Shown in pieces: positions 1 to 8,879 of a stretch of 64,000 nt of DNA. This DNA comes from Chthoniobacterales bacterium (lineage in GTDB: Bacteria > Verrucomicrobiota > Verrucomicrobiia > Chthoniobacterales > Chthoniobacteraceae): positions 139,984 to 203,983 of the forward strand of contig JBBQZX010000006.1 in NCBI GenBank assembly GCA_038207335.1. The letters are read 5' to 3'. Positions within the stretch are counted from its first letter, which is position 1, and every line of letters starts with the position of its first letter. A program made the position numbers and the translations under genes. The notes beneath the pieces are model-generated. The model was given only the letters and a program-made list of their open reading frames with translations. It did not search any database and had not been told where the DNA came from.

Positions 1-902
1 CCCAGCAACTCGAGCGGATACGCATCCGGGTCTGTCTCCTTCACCGCGCGCCACGCGTGCAGTGTCGCGGGCAGTGGCGTGTTTTCCTTTACCACATCGA
101 GCGTCTTTAATTCGGTCTGCGGCGGCAGTTCGACGACCGGGCGCACGACATCGGCGCCCTTTGGAATCGGGCCAAAGTAATCAGCCACGAGCTTCTTGGT
201 CGCCTCCAAGTCGATGTCGCCGGCAATGGAGAGCGTCGCGTTGTTCGGCAGATAGTTCGTTTTGTAAAAGTCGCGGAACTCCTCGATCGAAGCCTGGTCG
301 ATGTATTGAAAAGCGCCGATCGGCACCCACTCGTAAGGCGTCCCCTTGAAGACCATCGCCGACAGATTTTCGAACAGCGTCCCATACGGCGCATTGTCCA
401 CGCCGCGCCTCTTTTCCTCCTTCACGACCTGCCGTTGCGTCTCCACGCCGACCTTGTCGATCTTCGCGTGCATCATGCGCTCGCTCTCGATCCATAGCGC
501 GAGCTTGAGCTGATTCGCAGGCAGATTGAAGTAGTAGTCCGTTTGGTCGAAGGACGTGCTCGCGTTGAGATTTCCACCCGCGCCGGAGATGTATTTGTCG
601 ATCGTGCCGCGCGGGATATTCTCCGACCCCTCGAACATGAGATGCTCGAAAAAGTGCGCGAATCCCGTGCGATCCGGCCGTTCGTTTTTGCTCCCGACGT
701 GATAGAGCACGTAGGTCGAAATCACGGGAGAAGCGTGATTTTCGTGCAGGATCACATGCAGCCCATTGGGCAGATCGTATTCGGTGAAAGTGATCGGTTT
801 CAGGACGAGTTCGCGCTTTGCGGGCGGCTCATCTTTTGCCGCGAGAAAGGAGCACGGGAGAGCGACGAGGCACGCCAGCGAGGCGGCGGTTTTGAGAGAC
901 AT
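1..902 (-). CDS. M16 (pitrilysin/insulinase) family zinc peptidase, N-terminal part; runs off the window start
   Basis: Absent from the ORF track because its stop lies outside the window. Manual minus-strand translation from ATG 902 (alternative ATG 911) gives a signal-like MSLKTAASLACLVALP, then YDLPNGLHVILHENH, YHVGSKNERPDRTGFAHFFEHLMFEGS (inverted HxxEH motif), NASTSFDQTDYY and FRDFYKTNYLPNNATL. Confidence 0.93.
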   Translation of the reverse strand, partial: MSLKTAASLACLVALPCSFLAAKDEPPAKRELVLKPITFTEYDLPNGLHVILHENHASPVISTYVLYHVGSKNERPDRTGFAHFFEHLMFEGSENIPRGTIDKYISGAGGNLNASTSFDQTDYYFNLPANQLKLALWIESERMMHAKIDKVGVETQRQVVKEEKRRGVDNAPYGTLFENLSAMVFKGTPYEWVPIGAFQYIDQASIEEFRDFYKTNYLPNNATLSIAGDIDLEATKKLVADYFGPIPKGADVVRPVVELPPQTELKTLDVVKENTPLPATLHAWRAVKETDPDAYPLELL

Positions 903-1137
903 GGTCGGCATGAGACAGCACCCCCGCGCAGACGTTCGAGCACATTTGTGGGAAAGTTGGAGCTTGAGCCAAAGTCGAGCGGTCCTCGCTTTCTAAGCGT
1001 TGCGCAGACCAAGAGCACCGCTGGGCCCGGCATCCCAATCTCGCTCGCTAACGAAATTACCAAGCGGGCAGCCGTATCGGGGCCCATTTGCGATCAATGG
1101 GAAACTTGCGCCACCGGAGTTCCAAACACAAACACCC

Positions 1138-1761
1138 ATGAAAAACCCATTGACCACCACCCTCGCAGTTGCGCTCGCCTTGTCTGCCACGCAATCGCTT
1201 CTCGCTCAGACTGCTGTCACCGCCACGACCTCCACGGGAGGCGGGACGACCGCGACGGAAGTTTCCACCACCACCTCGGCAGGCACCATCTCAGAGATGG
1301 GGGCTGACGGACTCGTGATTCGCACTTCGACGTCAACCGAGCCCCTCCGCTACAGCGTCAGCAAAACTACGACTTACGTGGATGAAGCTGGATCGCCTGT
1401 CTCCATCGATTTGGTCAAGTCAGGTCTGCCCGTGACCGTTCAGTATGTCCAAGAAGGAAACCGCATGGTTGCCAGTCGCGTCGTCGTGCGGAAGCAGATG
1501 ACTAGCACCACGACGACCGCCAGTCCGACAGTGATCGAGCGCAATACCAATACCACGATCACCAAGCCCCCGGTCGTCGTTGAGAAACCCGTTTACGTTG
1601 ATCGCGTCGTCGAGAAGCCGGTCATCGTGGAAAAGAAAGTGGCCGTGCCAGTCGAGAAAAAGGTCTATGTCGATCGCCCTGTCATCGTGGAGAAGGAGAA
1701 GCCCGCGCCACTGGTCATCGAGAAAAAGACGACCACTACTACGACTACCGACACGAAATAG
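1138..1761 (+). CDS. Exported hypothetical protein: signal peptide, small beta/OB-fold-like domain, C-terminal V/E/K/P-rich repeats
   Basis: ATG 1138 is in frame with ORF 1000..1761 and begins MKNPLTTTLAVALALSATQSLLA (signal peptide). The tail carries repeats VEKPVYVDRVVEKPVIVEKKVAVPVEKKVYVDRPVIVEKE. A strong terminator follows. Confidence 0.85.
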   Translation: MKNPLTTTLAVALALSATQSLLAQTAVTATTSTGGGTTATEVSTTTSAGTISEMGADGLVIRTSTSTEPLRYSVSKTTTYVDEAGSPVSIDLVKSGLPVTVQYVQEGNRMVASRVVVRKQMTSTTTTASPTVIERNTNTTITKPPVVVEKPVYVDRVVEKPVIVEKKVAVPVEKKVYVDRPVIVEKEKPAPLVIEKKTTTTTTTDTK

Positions 1762-1784
1762 ATCGATTTCAGCTTATTTTACTC

Positions 1785-1820
1785 GGGTGGAGATGCTTCG
1801 GTGTCTCCACCCCTTTTTTT
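1785..1820 (+). terminator. Rho-independent terminator
   Basis: GGGTGGAGATGC-TTCG-GTGTCTCCACCC stem-loop with a UUCG tetraloop, followed by a 7-T run, just after the 1761 stop. Confidence 0.92.
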
Positions 1821-1884
1821 GAACTGTGCTACCCACTAGGCGCAGCGGGAAGTCGTTCGTGCTCATCGTCGGTGATGACTCAAT

Positions 1885-3873
1885 TTACAAAATCTCTACG
1901 GGGCACTTGGGTAGCGCGCGGAGGAATGCGCTGCCGTAGCCTTTCGTTAGCACGCGCGGATCGAGGATCACGACGATCCCGGTGTCCTGTTTCGTGCGGA
2001 TGAGGCGACCCACGCCTTGGCGCAACTTGAGGATCGCCTCGGGGAGCGAATATTCGGAAAATGGGTCGCCGCCGTGCGCTTGGATGAGCTCCAGTTTCGC
2101 TTCGATGAGCGGGTGGTCGGGCACCGCGAATGGCAGCCGCGTGATGATGACATTCGAGAGCGCATCGCCCGGCACATCGACGCCGCTCCAAAAACTTTCC
2201 GTGCCGAAAAGCACATGCCGCTCGTTCTTTTTGAACTCCGCGAGCAGCCGGTGACGCGGCATCCCTTCGCCCTGCACGATCAGCTTGTAATCGAGTTCGT
2301 CGAGCCGCTCGCGCATCGCCGTGGCGAGCGCCGACATCGCCCGGTAGCTCGTGAAAAGCACGAACGCGCGACCTTTGCTCTCCTCGATGAAATGCTCGAT
2401 CCGCTCGGCGAGCGCGGATTCGTATCCGGCGTCGCGCGGGTCGGGCATTTTGCGCGTGATGTAGAGCCGCATCTGTCGCTCATAGTCGAAGGGACTCCCG
2501 ACTTGCAGCGCCTCGATCTCCTGGGCCCCGACGCGCTCGCGGAAGTAGCTCAGCTCTGCGTCGCCCGTGCTCAGCGTTGCGCTCGTCATCACGCAGACGT
2601 GATTTTCGCGAAAGAGAAGCGCGCGCAGCCACGCGGCGACGTCGATCGGCGCGGCATTTAGGCTGTGAAATTTCGCGGTCTTGCCGCTCTGCTCGACCCA
2701 ATAAACGTAGTCGTCGGCCTCCTGCTTGAGAAAAATCGCGATGCCCGCGCGCGCGTCGCGGATTTTGCGCCCGAGGTCTTGCAACTCGGCCTTCGTCGTC
2801 TCGTCCTCGATGTTGCGCACGCATTCCACTACGAGCTTTTGCAGGCGGGCGAGGGGAGTGGTGAGCGAGTCCGCGACGAAGTCCGGCTGACGCACGCGGA
2901 ATTCCCGCCCCTTTTTGAAATCCGCTCGCGCGCCGACGCCCTCGAAAAACCCCTCAACTTCATCGAGCAGCGCTGTCACTTCCTTCACCGCGTCCGGCCG
3001 ACGCAAGACCTGAAAAACGCCCTTGTGCGTCTTCGGATTGTAGAGCCGTTGCAGCGCGTATCGCAGCCCGTATTGCGACACGCCGAGGCCGATTTGTTTC
3101 GCCGCGACCTGCTCGACCGTGTGCGCCTCGTCGAAGATCACGAAGTCATTCGCGAAGATGTAGCCCGCCGCGTCTTCATCCTGCTCGGAGAGCGGCCCGA
3201 GGTTCATGAAAAAGAGCGTGTGATTCATCACGACCACGTCCGCCGCGATGAGCCGTTTGCGCGCGTTTTGGTAAAAGCACTTCGGGTTTTGCCCGCACGT
3301 CTTCGTCGTGCAGATGTGCGCCTCGCTGCACACCTGAGACCACACATGCGAGTCCGGCTCGACCGCGAAATCCGAGAGCGTGCCGTCCGTCGTGGTCTGT
3401 GCCCATTCGTGGATGCGCTGCACTTCCTCCTGCTCGGTCGTGGTGAACAGATCGCCCGATGCGGTCATCGCCCGCTGCAGCCGCATCGGGCAGATGTAAT
3501 TGCCGCGCCCCTTCCAAAGCATCGCCTCGAACTCGACTGGCAGAACCTTTTGCAAAATCGGGATGTCTTTGAATACGAGCTGCTCCTGCAGGTTGATCGT
3601 GTAGGTCGAAATGACCGCCTTTTTCTTCTTCTCCAGTGCCCACAAAATCGCGGGAACCAAGTAGGCAAGCGACTTCCCGACCCCAGTCCCAGCTTCCACA
3701 ACGAGATGATTTTCCTCGCTCAGAGCCCGCGCCACCGCCACCGCCATCTGCTGCTGCTCGGGCCGGTACTCGAAGTTCTTAGCCTGCGCGAGCAGCCCAT
3801 CCTCCGAGAAAACGCCGCGCACTTTCTCGACGAATTCGCTGCTGCTGCCGGGGGCATCGGAGAGGGAAATCAC
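1885..3873 (-). CDS. dinG: DinG/YoaA family ATP-dependent DNA helicase
   Basis: Q motif RPEQQQM, Walker A EAGTGVGKS, Fe-S cysteines (YICP ... CSEAHICTTKTC ... C), DEAH, TSATL, SPFDY, FWSGVDVPG and QGVGRLIR. Confidence 0.92.
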   Translation of the reverse strand: MISLSDAPGSSSEFVEKVRGVFSEDGLLAQAKNFEYRPEQQQMAVAVARALSEENHLVVEAGTGVGKSLAYLVPAILWALEKKKKAVISTYTINLQEQLVFKDIPILQKVLPVEFEAMLWKGRGNYICPMRLQRAMTASGDLFTTTEQEEVQRIHEWAQTTTDGTLSDFAVEPDSHVWSQVCSEAHICTTKTCGQNPKCFYQNARKRLIAADVVVMNHTLFFMNLGPLSEQDEDAAGYIFANDFVIFDEAHTVEQVAAKQIGLGVSQYGLRYALQRLYNPKTHKGVFQVLRRPDAVKEVTALLDEVEGFFEGVGARADFKKGREFRVRQPDFVADSLTTPLARLQKLVVECVRNIEDETTKAELQDLGRKIRDARAGIAIFLKQEADDYVYWVEQSGKTAKFHSLNAAPIDVAAWLRALLFRENHVCVMTSATLSTGDAELSYFRERVGAQEIEALQVGSPFDYERQMRLYITRKMPDPRDAGYESALAERIEHFIEESKGRAFVLFTSYRAMSALATAMRERLDELDYKLIVQGEGMPRHRLLAEFKKNERHVLFGTESFWSGVDVPGDALSNVIITRLPFAVPDHPLIEAKLELIQAHGGDPFSEYSLPEAILKLRQGVGRLIRTKQDTGIVVILDPRVLTKGYGSAFLRALPKCPVEIL

Positions 3874-4010
3874 AAGCCGCGCACCATGCGCCGGGAAGCT
3901 GTGCTAGCGCGAATCAAAATGCGAATCGCGGCGTGGGTTTGCCGCTGTGAATCCGACGGTTCGACACCCCCACCGCGCACTTTGCAGGAACCGTCTATTT
4001 TAATCGGCGT

Positions 4011-4178
4011 TTAGCGCAGCGGGGGCGGGACAGAATTTTGACGCGCCGTGAGCTCCGCGGCTTCCGCGAGCTTTTCGTGGGCGCGCATCGCACGCCAGCC
4101 GATGATAAGCCAGATGACCGTGACTGCAAACCCAAACACCCAGGCGAGAAAGGCGAACATTCCGAATCCAGAGGACAT
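4011..4178 (-). CDS. Small single-pass membrane protein (55 aa), below the ORF-track cutoff
   Basis: Manual translation MSSGFGMFAFLAWVFGFAVTVIWLIIGWRAMRAHEKLAEAAELTARQNSVPPPLR*. It has a hydrophobic helix followed by basic residues and starts 21 nt after the stop of the upstream oxidoreductase on the same strand. Confidence 0.7.
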   Translation of the reverse strand: MSSGFGMFAFLAWVFGFAVTVIWLIIGWRAMRAHEKLAEAAELTARQNSVPPPLR

Positions 4179-4199
4179 TCTGTAAAAAGGGTGGTGTGG

Positions 4200-5357
4200 T
4201 TAAATTGCGAGCTTGGTCCACGCGGAGTTTGCGTGGCTGGAGGCGACCACGGCTTCGATGAAGGCCATGCCGCGCATGCCGTCTTCGATTTTCGGGTAGT
4301 CGGTGACGAGAGCGTCGGGTTCGCGATTTTCCAGGAGCGCGCGAATGTGGCCGGCGAAGTTCTTGTAGATGTTCGCGAAGGCCTCGAGGTAGCCCTCGGG
4401 ATGCGCGGGCGGGGTGCGGCCCGCGGCGAGAGCGGCAGGGCTGAGGTATCCGTTGGCGGTGCGATAGACCTGCATCGGCTGGTCGGGCCATTTGACGAGC
4501 ATGGTGTTCGGCTCGCGCTGGTGCCACTCGATGCCGCCCTTTTCGCCATAGACGCGGAGGCTGAGGTTATTCTCCTCGCCGACGGAAATCTGCGAGGCGT
4601 GCAGGACGCCTTTCGCCCCGCCCTCGAAGCGCAGGAGGACGTTGCCGTCGTCGTCGAGTTCGCGGCCCTCGACGAATGCCGTGAGGTCCGCGGCGAGTTC
4701 GCTGATCTTCAAGCCGGTGACGTATTCGGCGAGATTGTCGGCGTGCGTTCCGATGTCGCCGATGCAGCCGGCGGCGCCGCTGCGTTTCGGGTCGGTGCGC
4801 CAGCTTGCCTGCTTCGAGCCCGTGGCCTCGACGCGCGTGGCGAGCCAGCCTTGCGGATATTCGACGACGACTTTGCGGATCTTGCCGAGCTTGCCGCTAT
4901 GCACGAGTTCGCGCGCTTCTTTCATTAGCGGATAGCCGGTGTAGTTGTGCGTTAGACCGTAGAGCTGGCCGCTGGATTTCACGAGGTCGGCGAGGGTTTT
5001 CGCCTCGGCGAGGTCGAAGGTCGCGGGCTTGTCGGAGAGGACGTGGAAGCCGTTTTCCAGTGCCATTTTCGCCGGAGGAAAGTGCATGTGATTCGGCGTG
5101 ACGATGGAGACAAAATCCATGCGCTCACCGAGCGGGAGCGCTTTCTCGCGCGTGATCATTTCCTCGAAGGTGCCGTAGCAGCGGTCGGGCGGGAGGTAAA
5201 AGTCCGCACCGGAATCGCGCGAGCGCTGGGGCTCCGAGCTGAAGGCGCCGCAGACGAGTTCGATCTGACCGTCGATATTGGCAGCGATGCGGTGGACGGC
5301 TCCGATGAAGGCGCCGCGGCCGCCTCCGACCATGCCCATGCGAATTTTTCGGCTCAT
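4200..5357 (-). CDS. Gfo/Idh/MocA family oxidoreductase
   Basis: Start MSRKIRMGMVGGGRGAFIGAVHR (ATG 5357), IVTPNHMH, HVLSDKP and GDIGTHA. Confidence 0.93.
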   Translation of the reverse strand: MSRKIRMGMVGGGRGAFIGAVHRIAANIDGQIELVCGAFSSEPQRSRDSGADFYLPPDRCYGTFEEMITREKALPLGERMDFVSIVTPNHMHFPPAKMALENGFHVLSDKPATFDLAEAKTLADLVKSSGQLYGLTHNYTGYPLMKEARELVHSGKLGKIRKVVVEYPQGWLATRVEATGSKQASWRTDPKRSGAAGCIGDIGTHADNLAEYVTGLKISELAADLTAFVEGRELDDDGNVLLRFEGGAKGVLHASQISVGEENNLSLRVYGEKGGIEWHQREPNTMLVKWPDQPMQVYRTANGYLSPAALAAGRTPPAHPEGYLEAFANIYKNFAGHIRALLENREPDALVTDYPKIEDGMRGMAFIEAVVASSHANSAWTKLAI

Positions 5358-5491
5358 GTGAATATGTAGATTGGTGGGATTTTGAGTGGGCGGGGAGTTT
5401 AGAAATGGGACGCGAGCGGGCAAGGAATTTGGGCGGGCGGGAGATGTCTCGGAGGCGTCTCATTTTCAAAAGAATGCCATCAACTGCCAGC

Positions 5492-5520
5492 GCAACCTCC
5501 GGCAAACCCGCGGGTTTGAC
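5492..5520 (+). promoter_or_regulatory. Candidate ECF-sigma promoter (GCAACC-N16-GTTT) overlapping a perfect 16-bp palindrome CAAACCCGCGGGTTTG (5503-5518)
   Basis: The motif and palindrome are read directly just upstream of ATG 5529. The sigma-factor assignment is inference from the general ECF AAC/GTT pattern. Confidence 0.4.
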
Positions 5521-5528
5521 CCATCCAC

Positions 5529-5930
5529 ATGAAAAAACTCCTCACTGTTCTTACCCTCACGTTGGCCGGTCTCCTGATCGTCCCGACCTCACTCAAAGCC
5601 GAAGATGCGAAGCCTGCGGAAGGCAAGGGCGGTGCCCGCCGCGACCGCGTCGAAATGATGAAAGAAAGCCTCGGGCTCACAGACGAGCAGGTGGCGAAAA
5701 TCAAGCCGATCGTGGAAGCCGATCGCGAGAAGATGAAGGCACTCCGCGAAGACAGCTCGCTGAGCCAGGAAGACAAGCGCGCGAAGTACACCGAGATGTT
5801 CAAGGCGCAGTCTGAGAAGATCAAACCGATCCTAACGCCTGAGCAGCAGACGAAGTGGGCCGAGCAAGCTGAAAAGATGAAAGAGCGCCGCGCGAATGGC
5901 GAGAAGCCCGCCGAAGCTCCGAAGAAGTAA
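5529..5930 (+). CDS. Periplasmic Spy/CpxP-like (LTxxQ motif) helical protein
   Basis: Signal peptide MKKLLTVLTLTLAGLLIVPTSLKA, two LTxxQ motifs (LTDEQ, LTPEQ) and a charged helical composition. Confidence 0.85.
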   Translation: MKKLLTVLTLTLAGLLIVPTSLKAEDAKPAEGKGGARRDRVEMMKESLGLTDEQVAKIKPIVEADREKMKALREDSSLSQEDKRAKYTEMFKAQSEKIKPILTPEQQTKWAEQAEKMKERRANGEKPAEAPKK

Positions 5931-5952
5931 CCGAAACCACAATCAACAATCC

Positions 5953-5988
5953 GGGGCGGGAAGCGCGAGCTTCCGCCCTTTTTGTTTT
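5953..5988 (+). terminator. Rho-independent terminator
   Basis: GGGCGGGAAGC-GCGA-GCTTCCGCCC hairpin followed by TTTTTGTTTT, between convergent genes. Confidence 0.88.
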
Positions 5989-6029
5989 GAAGGGAGGAGA
6001 GCGGGAGTGGGAGCGAAGGCGTGGGAGAC

Positions 6030-7397
6030 CTACTCCAGTGCTTTCTCGAGTTTGCTTTTCGACTCCACCGCGCCTGCTCGTGGAGCGCCGAGCGGCGGGA
6101 AGACCGGTGGGATCATGCCCCTGTTCCAGTTGGAAAATTCGCCGTCGAGACGCTCGACGATCTCAGGGTGTCGGGAGGCCAGGTCGGTCTGCTCTCCGAT
6201 GTCCTGCGCGACATTGAACAGTTCTTTCGTGGTCTTGCTTTTGACCAATTTCCAATCCCCATCGCGCACGGCGTATTGTGCGCCATTTTCCATCCGCCAG
6301 AAGAGTTGCTTGTGCGGCGCGGCTTTCACCGTCCCGTCGAGATACGGCAGGAGATTCACGCCATCCATTGCGCGATCCTGTGGCCCCGGCGTCTTGGCCA
6401 GCGCGCAGGCCGTGGCGAAAACATCCAGCGCCGAAACCATCTCCCGATAGACTCCCGGCTGAAGCTTTCCCGGCCACGACACCACGAAAGGGACGCGCGA
6501 GCCGCCTTCGTACATCGTGCCTTTTCCCGCGCGCAGCGGCGCGTTGTCGCACTTCACTACGTTGATCGGCCCGCCGTTGTCGCTGAAGAAAAAGACAAGA
6601 GTGTTCTCCTGCTGGCCGATGGCTTTGAGCGCATCGAGCACACGGCCCATGCCGTCGTCCATGGCGATCGTCATTGCCGCGTAGGCGCGCCGCTTGGGAT
6701 CGCCGATGCCCGGCAAGCGGTCGAGGTATCGAGGCAGCGTATCCAGCGGAGTGTGGACGGCGTTGTAGGCCAAATAGAGGAACCACGGCTGCCCCTGGTG
6801 CTTCTTGATGAATGCCGCGCCCTCGCGAGAAAATGCGTCGGTAAGGTATTCGCGCTCGTCAACATCGGTGTGATTGCGCTGCAGGGGGATGTTGTATTCG
6901 GCCTTGCCCGGCACGCCTGGGAGATAGCGGTGCCCTCCGCCGATGAAGCCATACCAATCGGTGAAACCGCGCTCGATCGGATGGAATTTCGGATGCGCGC
7001 CTTCGTGCCACTTGCCAATGCCGCCGGTCACGTAACCCGCGTCCTTCAGCACCTTTGGTAGAAGAATCTGATCGGTCGGCAGCCCGGATTTCTCGTCATC
7101 CGGCCAGTAGTTGGGATTGCGTTCATGGCCAAAGCGCTGCTGGTAACGGCCCGTGAGCAATCCCGCGCGGCACGGACTGCACACCGGATGACTGACATAC
7201 CCGTCTGTGCAGACGATGCCGCCAGTCGCCAACGCGTCCAGATGAGGCGTCGGGATGTCTTTGCTCCCTTGAAAGCCGACGTCGTGGTAACCCAAGTCAT
7301 CCGCCACGATGACAAGGATATTGGGGCGCTCGGCGGCGGAGGCCACGGCGCAGATTGTCGCGAAGGTGAAGACGAGAAAACGAGCGGAGAGGCGCAT
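6030..7397 (-). CDS. Sulfatase (formylglycine-dependent, exported)
   Basis: Signal peptide from ATG 7397, RPNILVIVADDLG, CSPCRAGLLTG (CxPxR), GKWH, FFSDNGG and KGTMYEGGSRVP. Confidence 0.93.
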   Translation of the reverse strand: MRLSARFLVFTFATICAVASAAERPNILVIVADDLGYHDVGFQGSKDIPTPHLDALATGGIVCTDGYVSHPVCSPCRAGLLTGRYQQRFGHERNPNYWPDDEKSGLPTDQILLPKVLKDAGYVTGGIGKWHEGAHPKFHPIERGFTDWYGFIGGGHRYLPGVPGKAEYNIPLQRNHTDVDEREYLTDAFSREGAAFIKKHQGQPWFLYLAYNAVHTPLDTLPRYLDRLPGIGDPKRRAYAAMTIAMDDGMGRVLDALKAIGQQENTLVFFFSDNGGPINVVKCDNAPLRAGKGTMYEGGSRVPFVVSWPGKLQPGVYREMVSALDVFATACALAKTPGPQDRAMDGVNLLPYLDGTVKAAPHKQLFWRMENGAQYAVRDGDWKLVKSKTTKELFNVAQDIGEQTDLASRHPEIVERLDGEFSNWNRGMIPPVFPPLGAPRAGAVESKSKLEKALE

Positions 7398-7677
7398 AGG
7401 ATGGGCGATGTAAAGCCAGCGATTCATGGCGGGGAACTTCTTTCCACTTTGTTTTTGCCACCCGCGCACCCAACCGACTTCCATGCTGTAGGGCAGCTTG
7501 GCTGGGCTCAGCCGGTCGATTTCCCAACCGGCCGTTAGCAGGCTCAGGATGAAGAATTGCGGCTGATGCAAGATGCCTCACCGCGATGCGCTGAGACTCG
7601 TGGGCGTCCATTCGGTTCCAGCTGTGGTGTGACTAGAAGTAGCGATCCCACACTGTGGCTAAGGAGTTTCCCGGAGG

Positions 7678-8499
7678 TTACTTCGCCGTGTGGGCTAGGA
7701 TGAATTTGATGACTGGCGACGGGTCTTCCAGCCCGTGGGGATGATGCTCCACTCCCGGTTTGTGAATGACCTTCACCTCGCCGCCGAGCGCACGGTAGCG
7801 CTGCTCGACGATGAGCGCATTCTCTTCGGCGGGGACGACCTGGTCTGCATCTCCCACGACATAAATGAGGGGAATCTTGGCCGCGGCGATTGGCGCAAGG
7901 GTGTCGATGGGGTTGCCCTGGTAGGCGAGCGCAGCTTCGTCGTCGGCAAAGTCGTAGAGCTTCTTCAGCGACGCCCAATCCGCAGGGCTGCCTTTGCCTT
8001 TCCCCTTGCCTGCAGGCCAGCTTTTAAAATCACACACCGCCGCGTCCCCGTAGATCAGCGCGACCTTCTCGGGATTCTCCGACGCGAAACGATGGCAGTA
8101 GAGACCCCCGCGGCTGATGCCGATGAGCACCACCTTCGGAGCGAGTCCGCGCTCTACCAACTCGGCGTGGAAGGCCCCGAAAACCTTTTGCGCGCCGGGT
8201 GCTCCATAAGTGTTGCCCACGTCGATGTGCGCGTGGTGAAAGCCCGCGGCGAGCAGGCCCGGCGCGGCGCAACGCTCCGTGAAGGCGTCGGGAAACGCCA
8301 TGCACCACGACCACGGATTTCCGGGCAAGGCTTCCCTTGGCTCCACGACCCAGGCGGGGCTTTTGTCAAAGGTAAAGCTGTGGCGCTTGAAGCCGTGCCA
8401 GTCATCGATCTTCTCACCAGGAAAGGCGAGATCGGGCGTGGCCGCGCGGGCATTGACGACGGTGAACAGCAGGGAGGCGAGGAGGAGGCGGAGGATCAT
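7678..8499 (-). CDS. Exported alpha/beta hydrolase (esterase-like)
   Basis: Signal peptide, nucleophile elbow GISRGG, GDADQVVP and a C-terminal HHPHG. Confidence 0.85.
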   Translation of the reverse strand: MILRLLLASLLFTVVNARAATPDLAFPGEKIDDWHGFKRHSFTFDKSPAWVVEPREALPGNPWSWCMAFPDAFTERCAAPGLLAAGFHHAHIDVGNTYGAPGAQKVFGAFHAELVERGLAPKVVLIGISRGGLYCHRFASENPEKVALIYGDAAVCDFKSWPAGKGKGKGSPADWASLKKLYDFADDEAALAYQGNPIDTLAPIAAAKIPLIYVVGDADQVVPAEENALIVEQRYRALGGEVKVIHKPGVEHHPHGLEDPSPVIKFILAHTAK

Positions 8500-8879
8500 G
8501 GTGAGAAATCGCCTGTCGGCCCAAAAAACGTGGAGGGCAGGGACGAGGCAGCAGCGTCCGATAATTTCCGACGAGATGAAAACTCAAAGGATGTGGCGAG
8601 TTTTAGCGGCACGTCGGAGCCGACTGGCAGCGCAGTGAACTGAGCTTTCAGCGCGCCGCCCCCGGCTGGCCCGGGCCCGCAAGCGAACTGCCGCGCGTCG
8701 TACGCAGCGTGAAACGGCTCGTGCATACATCTCGAGGAACCAAACGCCCCCCGTGGTGACGATGCCTCTGCGCTCCGGCCCGGCAACGCGGATGATTCAC
8801 GAAAGATTCGATCGGGGAAAGCGGCGCGCTCTCCGCGCCTTCGATGGGAGGGAGGAAAGCCGGGATGCGCATCGGCGGT

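Noticed and set aside
543..1307. 254-aa + strand ORF
   Set aside because: It is antisense to the M16 peptidase and out of frame with the real gene at 1138.
1885..3873. DinG as part of a type IV CRISPR or defence locus
   Set aside because: No csf/cas genes or array lie nearby, and it has the Fe-S cysteines and context of a housekeeping DinG/YoaA.
3930..3995. GGTTCGAC suggesting a tRNA T-loop, with an 8-bp inverted repeat GACGGTTC/GAACCGTC
   Set aside because: No T stem, acceptor stem or anticodon arm can be formed.
7490..7580. SRP (4.5S) RNA identity for the rod-like fold
   Set aside because: The conserved CAGG…GGAA…AGCA domain IV motif is absent on both strands.
8567..8618. Two-stem hairpins in spacers (here TCCGACG/CGTCGGA with AAAACTC/GAGTTTT; similar ones at 1022-1087 and 36651-36702)
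   Set aside because: They share no sequence or recognisable riboswitch motif, and 7-8 bp stems are near chance level in GC-rich spacers of this length.
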